Position numbers and translations under genes: made by a program
The notes under the pieces: model-generated
Told to the model about the DNA's origin: nothing
The model's input: only the letters and a program-made list of their open reading frames with translations
Database searches by the model: none
Assembly: GCA_001918745.1 (NCBI GenBank)
Contig: MNGN01000043.1
Coordinates: forward strand, 1-49,183
Source of the DNA: Crenarchaeota archaeon 13_1_40CM_3_52_17
GTDB taxonomy: Archaea; Thermoproteota; Bathyarchaeia; 40CM-2-53-6
Reading direction: 5' to 3'
Length of the DNA: 49,183 nucleotides
In this document: one piece after another, positions 8,814-18,112 of the stretch
Numbering within the stretch: position 1 is the stretch's first letter
Layout: the number at the start of each line of letters is the position of its first letter

Positions 8814-9599
8814 TTGAAGAGAAAACAAGTGAGAATCGACATGCTGCAAATCGTTGATGATCCGAGGAAAGTGGAAGACGCTTACGCTCGTCAATACGAC
8901 GATCTTGCTGGAAAGGTAGCGAGTCTCGTTTCGAGTCGGAGCGGAATTATCGCAGAGGTTGGTTGTGGAAGAGGCCAGCTGACCATTCCATTGGCAAAGC
9001 TTCTCCCACGACACCGATTCAACGTCGTGGACAAGTTCACGGGCGCGTACTCAAGGACCCTTACTCTGTTGAACAAGGCTCTATCTCGAGCGAAGTTGAC
9101 GCGCCGGGTCAAAGTGCACAAAGCAGACTATCTAGATTGGCTGCGGGAAGAATTCTCCGACAAGTATGTGGGAGTAATATCTAGCGAGTTTCTTCCAGAG
9201 ATCGATTCCTACGAGCTGCGCATGTTCTTGTCGGAATGCTATCGGGTTGTGAGACACGGCGGTCTTACCATCCACTCATTTCTCTCCCCAATAGCCAGAA
9301 ACCGTCGACAGAAGCTAATGATAGAGGCGGACAGTAATCCGAAATGGACGAAGACTCCTCCCAAAGAATGGTTTTCTCCCAGACCAGACCAGGTAGTGTC
9401 AACGCTAAAGCGAGCGGAGTTTCGAAACCTTCGGGTCAAGAGGATCAAGAGCAATCCGATCATGAGAGCCCGCGCAGCAGAACATCTCCTCGAGAGCTGG
9501 GACGTCAAGAGTTCGTTCTGGAAGAAGCACCGCACTCGTCTTGTGAGAGAAGGGCTAGAAATTCCAGATTGGATGATCATCTCGGGCCGCAAAGCGTAA
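8814..9599 (+). CDS. Class I SAM-dependent methyltransferase
   Basis: IAEVGCGRGQL motif I and ECYRVVRHGG. Confidence 0.8.
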   Translation: MKRKQVRIDMLQIVDDPRKVEDAYARQYDDLAGKVASLVSSRSGIIAEVGCGRGQLTIPLAKLLPRHRFNVVDKFTGAYSRTLTLLNKALSRAKLTRRVKVHKADYLDWLREEFSDKYVGVISSEFLPEIDSYELRMFLSECYRVVRHGGLTIHSFLSPIARNRRQKLMIEADSNPKWTKTPPKEWFSPRPDQVVSTLKRAEFRNLRVKRIKSNPIMRARAAEHLLESWDVKSSFWKKHRTRLVREGLEIPDWMIISGRKA

Positions 9600-9614
9600 A
9601 CTCTTCCATCCTCG

Positions 9615-10079
9615 CTATTCGAAGTCAACAGACTTCTCTGATGTTGGTCCTGAACGATGTCTTGCGTTCCGGCTCGTCCCCAGGGACCCAAGATATGACC
9701 CGTTCTCACTCCTGTACTCGATCGGAGGAAATCTGCCACCGAACGCCGCTTCCCACATTCGAACCCACGAAAAGACAACCTTGTCAAGATCGCGACATCG
9801 AGCTTCAGGAACTACCCAAACGAGTTTTGCGATCACATCGCCCGACCGAATCATGAATAAAAGCCGCGTTAGGTGACCTTGAATGTGAAGCGGCTGAAAC
9901 CCAGGCCCTTCTTCTTCGAAGAGCACTATTTCATCTGATTTCGTCAATCCAGACCCATCCCATCGGAACAGAAGATGTGAACCCGACTGAGCATCATAGT
10001 ATGCAAATGACCCTCCATTTCCTGATCTTGTTCGTGGTCGAAGGTTCAATTTTCGAAGAAGGCGAGTAACAGACATCAA
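9615..10079 (-). CDS. Hypothetical protein
   Basis: A 154-aa ORF filling the gap with protein-like composition. No family recognised. Confidence 0.55.
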   Translation of the reverse strand: MMSVTRLLRKLNLRPRTRSGNGGSFAYYDAQSGSHLLFRWDGSGLTKSDEIVLFEEEGPGFQPLHIQGHLTRLLFMIRSGDVIAKLVWVVPEARCRDLDKVVFSWVRMWEAAFGGRFPPIEYRSENGSYLGSLGTSRNARHRSGPTSEKSVDFE

Positions 10080-10267
10080 GTAAGCATCGGCCGAGTCTCA
10101 GATTGTTGAAGTCGTTTTTCACCCGCTATTATCCAGAGAGAAAGTAGAATTCCCGAATCCGTTCTCTCAAAGGAGGCTGCGGTTTGGTCTTTCTCGGCGT
10201 AGCCGACTGTTGAGGGCCAGTTTCAGAAGAAAAACGGACGATAATTCGGTAAGCTGCAAGGCTTTGG

Positions 10268-10330
10268 CTAAGGCGTTCCCTTAGCATGTGGCCCGCAACA
10301 TCCGCAACAGCACGGGCAGCAATCGTCCAA
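10268..10330 (-). CDS. Cys-rich micropeptide MDDCCPCCCGCCGPHAKGTP (metallothionein-like)
   Basis: TTG start at 10330 with GAGGTGA Shine-Dalgarno 5 nt upstream (10336-10342). 7 Cys in 9 consecutive residues. TAG at 10268-10270. Confidence 0.7.
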   Translation of the reverse strand: MDDCCPCCCGCCGPHAKGTP

Positions 10331-10346
10331 ATACTTCACCTCTGTA

Positions 10347-10410
10347 AGTAACGTTAGTTACTATTGCAAAGTATTTAAGCAGTCAAGTTTCTGTTACGTA
10401 ACTTGGTAAC
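10347..10410. promoter_or_regulatory. Divergent promoter with putative HxlR operator sites
   Basis: AGTAAC-N4-GTTACT (10347-10362), TACT-N7-AGTA (10359-10373), AT-rich TATA-like TATTTAAG (10372-10379), perfect palindrome GTTACGTAAC (10393-10402) and a further GTAAC (10406-10410). Confidence 0.6.
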
Positions 10411-10413
10411 CCT

Positions 10414-10767
10414 ATGGTTAGGCTAGTAGAAGGAGAACCATGCTGCACGTGCCCATGCCCATGCGAAGGAATAATCGAAATCATCGGCAAAAAATGGGCC
10501 CTCTGCGTACTAGCACTACTAGGAAACGACGGAACCCTACGATTCAACAAGCTGGCCGAAAAACTTCCAGGAATAAGCGCGAAAACACTGACAGAGGTCT
10601 TGAAAGATCTTCAGCGAACCGGACTGGTTAAGCGTCAAGCATTCGCCGAAATTCCTCCACGAGTAGAATACCATCTGACCAAGGAAGGGAACGAGCTGAC
10701 AATGCTGGTGGCGCCGCTGATGGTTTGGGCTGACAACAGGACAGGGCTCATCAAGCTGGAATCTTAG
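10414..10767 (+). CDS. HxlR/DUF24 winged-helix transcription regulator with Cys-rich N-terminus
   Basis: IIGKKW, LRFNKL, GISAKTL and EIPPRVEYHLT motifs. N-terminus contains PCCTCPCPC. Confidence 0.92.
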   Translation: MVRLVEGEPCCTCPCPCEGIIEIIGKKWALCVLALLGNDGTLRFNKLAEKLPGISAKTLTEVLKDLQRTGLVKRQAFAEIPPRVEYHLTKEGNELTMLVAPLMVWADNRTGLIKLES

Positions 10768-12292
10768 GATACTTCATCCTAGACTCGACAAGTTTTCCAG
10801 CCCGCTCTTCCAGCTGAGCCGCTTCCTTCCGAAAATCGGAGACCTGTCTCGCGATCTTCTCCACGTACTTTTGATCATCGAGACTTGCTAGGTTGATCAG
10901 TACGTTGCTTGCGGCTCCTTCGATGGCCGCACGTGCCGCCGAGACAGCAGTCACCACATCAGAAAGCGCATTAGTGGACCCCTTCTCCGCAGTCTCGCGA
11001 GCCAGCCGCAAGACTCTGACTGAACAGTCGAGGGTTGACAGCGGGGTATCGGATGCTTTGATGGTTGCTTCTTCTATCGCTTTCTTGCGAGCCTCCGGTT
11101 GATCCTTCGATAGCTTGAACGCTTTCATTACCGTGTCGAAGGCTTCGGTGTCCTCGACGACAAGGCGTAGAAGTTTCTGGCGCAGAGCTTCGCCCTCCTT
11201 CACCACCTCGTTGAGCTTCTCTACATCAGGCGGCGCCTCTTTCTTTCCCAGCGTTATTCTGGCAACCATGCAGACGAGACCCGCTGCGAGCGCGGCTATG
11301 TATGCGGAGACGCTTCCGCCTCCCGGAGTTGCCTTCTTGGAGGCTACTTCTTCACTGAACGAAGCCAAACTCTGGTCGGTCAATGTTGAAGCTCGTAGCG
11401 CGAAGAGCTTCCTCTCTAGGACCTGGTCCGGGCTGAAATTCTCCAATCGGAGATAGAACTCTGCCGAGTCGACAAGAGATTCCATTGGTGCGAGCCCAAT
11501 GATCTCGCTCCCGACAACCGGCACCCCGTAGCGGTCGGCGAACATCTTGACCAGCTCGTAGGCTTTGAACAACTGGCTCTTGCGATAATTCGTGAGGTTC
11601 ATAGAGACCTGAACTATCCCCCGCTCTTTCAGCTCAAACCCGAGAGCCTTCACGAAGGCGAGGCCGCCGTCTTTCGCTCGTAGTTGATGCGCTATCCTCT
11701 TCGCGACATCTAGGTCCTTCGTTCCAAGGTTGACGTTGTAGGCTATCAGTATCTCTCGGGCTCCAACAGCCGTCGCTCCCGCAGTAGGATGGATCTTCTC
11801 CGGACCAAAATCCGGCTTCTTCGCAGAGTCCTTGCCAATCTTCTCCCTGAGGCCCTCAAACTCTCCGTCTCGGACGTCGGCGAGGTTTCGTCTTTCGGGA
11901 GTAGTGGCCGCTTCCTCGTATAGGAAGACAGGCACGTGAAATTTCTCGGCAAACTCCTGGCCGAAAGAACGGGCGAGAGAAACACAGTCGTCCATGGTTA
12001 CACCGGATATTGGGACGAAGGGGATGACGTCAACAGCGCCCATTCGCGGATGCTCGCCTTTGTGGTGTCTCAGATCAATAAGCTCAATCGCTCTCTGGCT
12101 AGCGGCTAGAGCAGCGTCTTTCACGTGTCCCGGTTCGCCGACGAAGCTTATCACGGACCGGTTGTGGTCCGGGTTCGATTCCACATCGAGAAGTGTGACG
12201 CCAGGGGTCGTTCTTATCGCGTCAGCAATGGATTCTATGACCTCCTTTCTTTGACCTTCACTGAAGTTGGGGACACATTCGACTAGCCGCAA
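10751..12292 (-). CDS. ftcD: Glutamate formimidoyltransferase-cyclodeaminase
   Basis: ECVPNFSEG, DHNRSV, GEHPRMGAVDV and a C-terminal TPGGGSVSA cyclodeaminase domain. Confidence 0.95.
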   Translation of the reverse strand: MRLVECVPNFSEGQRKEVIESIADAIRTTPGVTLLDVESNPDHNRSVISFVGEPGHVKDAALAASQRAIELIDLRHHKGEHPRMGAVDVIPFVPISGVTMDDCVSLARSFGQEFAEKFHVPVFLYEEAATTPERRNLADVRDGEFEGLREKIGKDSAKKPDFGPEKIHPTAGATAVGAREILIAYNVNLGTKDLDVAKRIAHQLRAKDGGLAFVKALGFELKERGIVQVSMNLTNYRKSQLFKAYELVKMFADRYGVPVVGSEIIGLAPMESLVDSAEFYLRLENFSPDQVLERKLFALRASTLTDQSLASFSEEVASKKATPGGGSVSAYIAALAAGLVCMVARITLGKKEAPPDVEKLNEVVKEGEALRQKLLRLVVEDTEAFDTVMKAFKLSKDQPEARKKAIEEATIKASDTPLSTLDCSVRVLRLARETAEKGSTNALSDVVTAVSAARAAIEGAASNVLINLASLDDQKYVEKIARQVSDFRKEAAQLEERAGKLVESRMKYPKIPA

Positions 12293-12333
12293 TCTGGTAC
12301 GCCTCTCAACCGTCTCCGAGTCAACTCGTCTCC

Positions 12334-12816
12334 TTAATAGTCAAGCGGGTAGAATAGCTTGATTTTGTGATCGATTAGTTTCTCGAAATCTCCTCGAAAA
12401 TAGAAATCTCCACGAAAGCTCCGCCCCTCGACCGCGTATCTGTACCAGTATCTGTCGTCTTCCCACATCTCGTCAAGGGGAGGCTGGTCGATCGGAAACC
12501 ATCGGAGAATGCCTTCTTTGCCTTCCTTGATGGTCCCGTGGAACTGGTTCGTGAGGAATACGTGCGCGATCCAGTCAGGATCTTCTCGTTTGTCATACTT
12601 GAAGAAAACGAGTGTTCCAATCCCTCGCAGCTGTTCGACCTCTAGTCCAGTCTCTTCGGAAACCTCTCTTGCAGCGCAATGTACTGCATCCTCTTTGGGT
12701 TGCAGTTTTCCACCTGGCGCGTTCCATTTGCCAGCACCGAAGAGCCCGGGGTTCTTTTTCAGCAGCAGAACCTTGTTGTCATGTAGAATGAAGCATAGGG
12801 TCGCCTGGATAGTCAA
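12334..12816 (-). CDS. NUDIX hydrolase, 8-oxo-dGTP diphosphatase (MTH1-like)
   Basis: GKWNAPGGK...AAREVSEETGL Nudix box and MWEDDRYW. Confidence 0.88.
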   Translation of the reverse strand: MTIQATLCFILHDNKVLLLKKNPGLFGAGKWNAPGGKLQPKEDAVHCAAREVSEETGLEVEQLRGIGTLVFFKYDKREDPDWIAHVFLTNQFHGTIKEGKEGILRWFPIDQPPLDEMWEDDRYWYRYAVEGRSFRGDFYFRGDFEKLIDHKIKLFYPLDY

Positions 12817-12824
12817 CTGGACGT

Positions 12825-13199
12825 TCAGGGCTTGTGCTTCTGTTTGAGCAGGATGATCGCCTGTGCTAGGTCACCGTTTGATTGCCGCAGCGCGTTCGCC
12901 GCCTCATCGGCAGAGACGCCGGCTTGTGACGAGACAAGTTTCACGTCCTCATCTGATCCTCCCCCTATTCCTTCCTCTCTCGCGGTTCCGCCTCCGACCT
13001 GATAGACTGTCTGTCCCTGTACTGTCACGGTAGCGACTTCGGGATTGTCGATGATGATCCGTTTGGTCGGGGTTTCCATTATCACCTTCGTGACCTCGTC
13101 TAGTTGTTGGACCTGCATGCCCATGCGCTGCATCATTCTGTTTGCTTCGCGGGGGTTGATCTTTCCACGACGCATCATGACGAAATCAATCTCTTCCAC
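12825..13199 (-). CDS. nac: Archaeal nascent polypeptide-associated complex protein
   Basis: NPR..RMMQRMGM, NAC domain and UBA-like EDVKLV...NGDLAQAII. The true start may be a downstream ATG. Confidence 0.92.
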   Translation of the reverse strand: MEEIDFVMMRRGKINPREANRMMQRMGMQVQQLDEVTKVIMETPTKRIIIDNPEVATVTVQGQTVYQVGGGTAREEGIGGGSDEDVKLVSSQAGVSADEAANALRQSNGDLAQAIILLKQKHKP

Positions 13200-13219
13200 C
13201 TTTCCAGTGATTGTTAAGT

Positions 13220-13711
13220 CTATTCGGAATCAGCGATTCCATGCCGGACCTTTACTGCTACTCCGATCTTGAAGCTCTGCATTTCTATCGCGTTGAAGAA
13301 GGATCTTCCAACAGCCAACAAACGGTCCTTCTTGTCCACCACTAGGACCTCTTCTTCAGGCCGTAGCTCAGGGTCCACGCCGATCACATGCTTCGCGAAC
13401 ACGTTTCCACCCTTGCGGATGAATGGCTCTACCCCAGGAGTGACTTTGACCCGTAGTTTCGGAGCCTTGAACACACGTTTGAGGGCGAGGCCGCCATTGA
13501 CAGTCAAGGCTAGGAGTCCGTCTTTTGGACGGTACGTGGCCAATAACTTTCCATCATTGTAGATGTGGCGTATTCTGTGAGTGTTCGGGGACCGCACGAT
13601 TAGTAATGATCGAGGAAACGCTCTCTCGGCTCCCCTTCCAAACTGGTAGGCAGCTACAGCCCGGATCCGTCGCAGCTCGTGAAGTTGGGGTTTGACAGGT
13701 TCGAGGGGCAT
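13220..13711 (-). CDS. PUA domain protein (archaeosine TGT C-terminal-like)
   Basis: AAYQFG, GGNVFAKHV, LRPEEEVLVVD, GVAVKVRHG. Confidence 0.88.
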   Translation of the reverse strand: MPLEPVKPQLHELRRIRAVAAYQFGRGAERAFPRSLLIVRSPNTHRIRHIYNDGKLLATYRPKDGLLALTVNGGLALKRVFKAPKLRVKVTPGVEPFIRKGGNVFAKHVIGVDPELRPEEEVLVVDKKDRLLAVGRSFFNAIEMQSFKIGVAVKVRHGIADSE

Positions 13712-13788
13712 CCTAGTTCCGATAGCTAATTAAGCCTGGTCGGAGCCTATTTCTACTGTTTCTCCGCCGCGAGGTCTTGTAGCAACCA

Positions 13789-14301
13789 TTGTACTGTGAG
13801 GTTTGCGGGAGCGAGATAGTCGGGAAGCCCGGCCGGTCTCTTGTTGAAGGCGCAACCCTGATCGTCTGCCAGCAATGTTCCAGCCTGGGAAAGGAGCTTC
13901 CCGGTTTCCCCGAAAGAAGACCGAGAACACCCCGACCTGGAACAGTGTCGTCCCACACCCGAACCCCAATAGAGAGCCTTCCGAAAGCCGTTGAAGACTC
14001 TGATCTCGTCGAGAATTATCCTGAGATCGTAAAAGAGGGTCGAGAGAAGCTAGGCTTGTCGCAGACGGATCTTGCTTTCAAGGCTAAGGAGAAGCTCACG
14101 GTGATCCAGAAGATCGAGTTGGGCAAGATACTCCCCACAATGAGGTTGACGAAAGAACTGGAGCACATACTACGGGTGAAACTGCTCGCGCCTAGAACAG
14201 AACTTGAGATCACTACCGTGCCAGTTAGGCAAGCCGGGCCGAGAGAGTTGACACTCGGCGACATAGCATTGGTGCGGCACAAGGAACCTGAGGCCAAGTA
14301 G
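13789..14301 (+). CDS. mbf1: Archaeal multiprotein bridging factor aMBF1
   Basis: CEVCG...VCQQC zinc ribbon, Cro-like HTH and C-terminal TLGD. Confidence 0.92.
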   Translation: MYCEVCGSEIVGKPGRSLVEGATLIVCQQCSSLGKELPGFPERRPRTPRPGTVSSHTRTPIESLPKAVEDSDLVENYPEIVKEGREKLGLSQTDLAFKAKEKLTVIQKIELGKILPTMRLTKELEHILRVKLLAPRTELEITTVPVRQAGPRELTLGDIALVRHKEPEAK

Positions 14302-14358
14302 AAGGCGCGGCCTCTGCTGCGCCGTCAGTAAAGCATTATTTACTTAGAAACGGGGTCG

Positions 14359-15012
14359 ATGTTCATGGCTTCACTGAGCGAAGCAAAGAACCTTGGCGGA
14401 ATAGGCGCCATACTCGCCCTGCTCTCCGGCTTACTGTTCTGGGTTCCCTACAACGCGGGAATCGGCTTGCTGATAGTAGGACTCGTGCTGATGCTTATCG
14501 CCGTGAGAAATATTGCCGACAAGGTCGGAGACCACGCAATCTTTAGCTCCATGATATACTCTGTCATCCTCGCAATCATAGGACCGATCATAGCAGCAGC
14601 CGTCGCGTTCGCCGCAGCCGCGTCTTTCATCGGCTCTTTCCGCGGTTTCACGCCTGGAATGACCACTCTACCTTCCGGATTCTTTGCCGCACTGGGCTTC
14701 TTGATCCTGGCCTTTGTTATCTTGTATGTTTGTATTCTGATCTCGACCGTTTTCCTCAAGAAAAGCTATGACGCGATAGCGTTGAAATTGAGAGTTGACA
14801 TGTTTCACACCAGCGGTCTTCTGTTCCTCATCGGAGCCGCCACGCTAATCGTCTTTGTCGGCGTTGTGATACTCTTCATCGCGGCAATCCTTCAGATCGT
14901 AGCGTTCTTCTCGATTCCGGAACAGGTCCCGTCGCAGATGCCTCCCCAGCAAGCTTGGGGACCGCCAACGCCGCCAGCGCCGATGCCTCCGTCTATGACC
15001 CCGATGCAATAG
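14359..15012 (+). CDS. DUF996 family membrane protein with Pro-rich tail
   Basis: AKNLGGIGAIL N-terminus, F..SGLLFLIGA and IVAFFSIP. Confidence 0.8.
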   Translation: MFMASLSEAKNLGGIGAILALLSGLLFWVPYNAGIGLLIVGLVLMLIAVRNIADKVGDHAIFSSMIYSVILAIIGPIIAAAVAFAAAASFIGSFRGFTPGMTTLPSGFFAALGFLILAFVILYVCILISTVFLKKSYDAIALKLRVDMFHTSGLLFLIGAATLIVFVGVVILFIAAILQIVAFFSIPEQVPSQMPPQQAWGPPTPPAPMPPSMTPMQ

Positions 15013-15131
15013 ATCTCTTCTCCGAGACATTCTTCGGTTACAAAGTGAACATCTGGCCCGCCTTCGGGCTTATGAGGAAGGGCCGAGAGCAACACGCAGA
15101 CTATTCTGAAAACCGATTAGAACGGATGAAC

Positions 15132-17231
15132 ATGGCGAAGCTTCTGATAGGACGAACAGGTGACGGGAAGCCATTCACCGTCGACCCCAGCAGTCTAACC
15201 AAACACGCCGTCGTATTCGGAGCAACGGGGTCCGGGAAGACAGTCCTCTGCAAATCGATAATGGAAGAAGCTTCTAGCCGAGGAACACCGATCCTCGCCA
15301 TAGATCCGAAGGGGGACATCGGATGCTTGGCTATTCGTTCCGAGAACTTCAGCTTCAGACCCTTCTCAGACAACGAGGCCAAGCTTCTCGGCAAAACCCC
15401 GGAAGACTACTCGAAGGAGCTTGTCGTCCAGTATCGTGACAGCTACGAAGCCTTGGGCCGGGACGATGACGAGCTAAACCGTTTCGTCAAGACGACCGAT
15501 GTCCGAATCTATACTCCCCGGTCAAGCACAGGCCTCCCCGTCTCAATGAGCCCGAGGCTAACGCCGCCGAAAGATTTCGCGAGGAGGATGGGCGAAGATC
15601 CTAGCCTCGCGCTTGATATGCTTGAGCTGAAGGCCTCAAACCTCCTTCGTCTGGCAGGGTATTCAGAAGATGGAAAGGTCCAACGCTCGCTGATTTCCAC
15701 GATCCTGGAGGATGAGTGGAAGACTGGAGGCGAGCTTACAATCGAGAAGCTGATCGAGCTGGTGTCTAACCCGCCGTTCGAGAAGCTTGGCATGCTGTCT
15801 CTCGATGATGCCATCAGCAAACGCGAGAGAAGTGAGCTCTCCCGTCGCCTCAATGTCCTGGTCACGGATGCGGCTGCGAGAGCCTGGTTCCTTGGTGAGC
15901 CGCCGGATTTCGATCGCTGGTTCCACAAATCTCAAGGACGAACCCCGATCAACATCGTCGATCTTCGCACTATTCCGAGCGAGGAAGGAAAACAAGTCTT
16001 CGTCGAATACCTCCTCCAAGAACTATTCTACTGGATCAGCAGGCAGGAGGGGACTCAGACTCTACAATATCTCCTCTACTTCGACGAGATACATGGCTAC
16101 TGTCCGCCGATCCGTGAGCCTCCCTCAAAGAAGATTCTGATGCATCTCATCCATGTCTCACGGGCCTTTGGTCTTGGAATTGTGATGGCGACCCAGAATC
16201 CTGTGGATGTGGATTACAAGGTCATATCGAACGCAAACTTCCGATTTATCGGGAACCTATCAACCAGACAGGATATTGAAAGGGTCCGGACAGGTCTTTC
16301 GCTTGGCGCTGACGCTTTCCAGGTAATATCAAGCTTGAAGACGCGCCAGTTCTATTACCAGATCTTCGATCAGGGAGAATCCGGAATTCTCAGTCCCAGA
16401 TGGTTGATGAGTTATCATCGTGGGCCGCTGGAACCTTTAGAAATAAAGAGATTGAAAGAGAGAGCGGCGCCAGAAAAATTGACCGTCAAAGCTGTCCCAC
16501 TAGTGGTGCCGGAAGAGGTTTTCCTCCGTGACACTGACAGGAAACGGGCTAAGAAAGGCATCCTAGGCGGAACGGAAGAGAGGGTTGTATTCGCTAAGAA
16601 GATCTTTCTGCCGTATCTAGATTTCACCTATCGGTTTCCGGCGGAACGGGGGCTGTTGTCAAAGCAGATGGTGATGAGCGAGGGCCGGTCAACGGTGTTG
16701 GCTTTGCGGGAGGCGAACTTCGGCTTCGATCCCAGGCTGACAGAGCTGACTCCAATACTCGCTGATATGGAACTGGACTCTAGCTCGATAATCATGGGAA
16801 TCGACTCCACCGTTCTGGTAAGTGAGCGGTTGGTTGAGCTCACAAACCTCCTTAGAGATTATGAGGTCCAGTCAGAGGAGAGATCGAAACAGTACGAGGC
16901 TCTCCCGAAGGAGAGTCCGACGAGAGAAAGCCTGAAGGAGAATATTGAGTTCTTGAGAAAGACGAAGTTGTTGCGATGGAAGATGTTCGCCGACGGGCTC
17001 GGACTCCCGGCAAAGCTTGATCTCGACAAGCTGGAACTTCTCGACGGGAAACTGTTCTACATGCCCTATTTTATCGCAAAGCTCTCGCGTGGAGGAGAGG
17101 CACGATATATTGTCTGGAACCGGGAGGGCAGGGAAGACGATACGATCGCGGACGAGATGACGAAGAACAAGAAGTTCCGAACCCTCATCGAAACGCACCT
17201 GCTCCAAAAGACAGCCGAAAATGGCCTGTAG
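15132..17231 (+). CDS. HerA/FtsK-superfamily ATPase (DUF87/DUF853-like) with an unrecognised C-terminal domain
   Basis: HAVVFGATGSGKT Walker A, IDPKGD, LYFDEIHG Walker B and SRAFGLGIVMATQNP. Start moved to ATG 15132 (or 15126) to avoid overlap with the DUF996 gene. Confidence 0.85.
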   Translation: MAKLLIGRTGDGKPFTVDPSSLTKHAVVFGATGSGKTVLCKSIMEEASSRGTPILAIDPKGDIGCLAIRSENFSFRPFSDNEAKLLGKTPEDYSKELVVQYRDSYEALGRDDDELNRFVKTTDVRIYTPRSSTGLPVSMSPRLTPPKDFARRMGEDPSLALDMLELKASNLLRLAGYSEDGKVQRSLISTILEDEWKTGGELTIEKLIELVSNPPFEKLGMLSLDDAISKRERSELSRRLNVLVTDAAARAWFLGEPPDFDRWFHKSQGRTPINIVDLRTIPSEEGKQVFVEYLLQELFYWISRQEGTQTLQYLLYFDEIHGYCPPIREPPSKKILMHLIHVSRAFGLGIVMATQNPVDVDYKVISNANFRFIGNLSTRQDIERVRTGLSLGADAFQVISSLKTRQFYYQIFDQGESGILSPRWLMSYHRGPLEPLEIKRLKERAAPEKLTVKAVPLVVPEEVFLRDTDRKRAKKGILGGTEERVVFAKKIFLPYLDFTYRFPAERGLLSKQMVMSEGRSTVLALREANFGFDPRLTELTPILADMELDSSSIIMGIDSTVLVSERLVELTNLLRDYEVQSEERSKQYEALPKESPTRESLKENIEFLRKTKLLRWKMFADGLGLPAKLDLDKLELLDGKLFYMPYFIAKLSRGGEARYIVWNREGREDDTIADEMTKNKKFRTLIETHLLQKTAENGL

Positions 17232-17282
17232 AACCCGCATAGTGATATAGCAGATTACCTGGTCTATCTGTGACTGTGACCA

Positions 17283-17882
17283 ATGGCTTTCTGCTGGAGA
17301 TGCGGCGCTCAACTATACGAGAATTCCTCCTTCTGCCATAGCTGCGGAGCACCCGCAAAGCCCAGTACAACAACGGCTTCAGGGGTCCAGACCGGTTTCG
17401 AACGATTGAAAGATGACAGGGCATTCCAAGATCACTGGGCAAAACGGGTTATTGCCTACATCGTCGACGTGGCCACAGTATCGGGTGCAACCTATCTTCT
17501 CCTACTCATCGCGGCCCTCCCTGCGCTCCCAACGATTTTTTTCCGGCCAGACATTCCTTTTGCATGGTTCTGGGGGTTCTGGCTGGGGGGAATCGCACCA
17601 TTGATCGTTCTAGCCTATTTTGTTCTCGCAGACGCACTGTTCCAGCGCACAATCGGAAAGGAACTGATGGGTTTGAGGGTGGCGCGACTTGACGGAAAAC
17701 GCGTAGACCTTTGGTCTTCGCTTGTCAGAAACGTCTCAAAGATAGCCTTCATCCTCTTGGTCCTCGACATTGCGGTGGGTCTCGGGACCCATGGAGATGG
17801 CCGTCAAAAGTACAGCGACCGCTACATTGGAACCACGGTCGAAAATACGAACAACACCAGAATTATTCCTGACTGGATATAG
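17283..17882 (+). CDS. Zinc-ribbon RDD family membrane protein
   Basis: FCWRCG...FCHSCG, KRVIAYIVD, TIGKELMGLRV and RQKYSDR. Confidence 0.88.
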   Translation: MAFCWRCGAQLYENSSFCHSCGAPAKPSTTTASGVQTGFERLKDDRAFQDHWAKRVIAYIVDVATVSGATYLLLLIAALPALPTIFFRPDIPFAWFWGFWLGGIAPLIVLAYFVLADALFQRTIGKELMGLRVARLDGKRVDLWSSLVRNVSKIAFILLVLDIAVGLGTHGDGRQKYSDRYIGTTVENTNNTRIIPDWI

Positions 17883-18112
17883 ATCTCTACCAGAGTCTTC
17901 CACGTTCCTTCAGGTCAATACTGGAGGAGTGAAATCAGCTTATTATCCTCAGACCTTCGCAGTCACCGGAGTGCTGTATCTTGGGGTCTAAGCCGGTTAA
18001 GAGACGCGAGAAGAAGAGACGTAGTACTGGCGGCTTGATAGAGATTGCTCATGACTCTATGGAAAACTCGATGCTCGGCAACCCCGTAGACGAGAATACT
18101 CTTTGACGAAAT

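Noticed and set aside
10266-10278. 13-mer GGCTAAGGCGTTC shared in inverted orientation with about 4646-4658
   Set aside because: Chance 13-mer matches are expected in a 49-kb window, and the match does not extend.
14955-15131. N-terminal 59 codons of the 758-aa ATPase ORF
   Set aside because: They overlap the DUF996 3' end and look non-protein-like. Family similarity begins at MAKLLIG.
17963-18052. 29-aa minus-strand ORF MSNLYQAASTTSLLLASLNRLRPQDTALR
   Set aside because: No SD, motif or other support, so it cannot be distinguished from chance.
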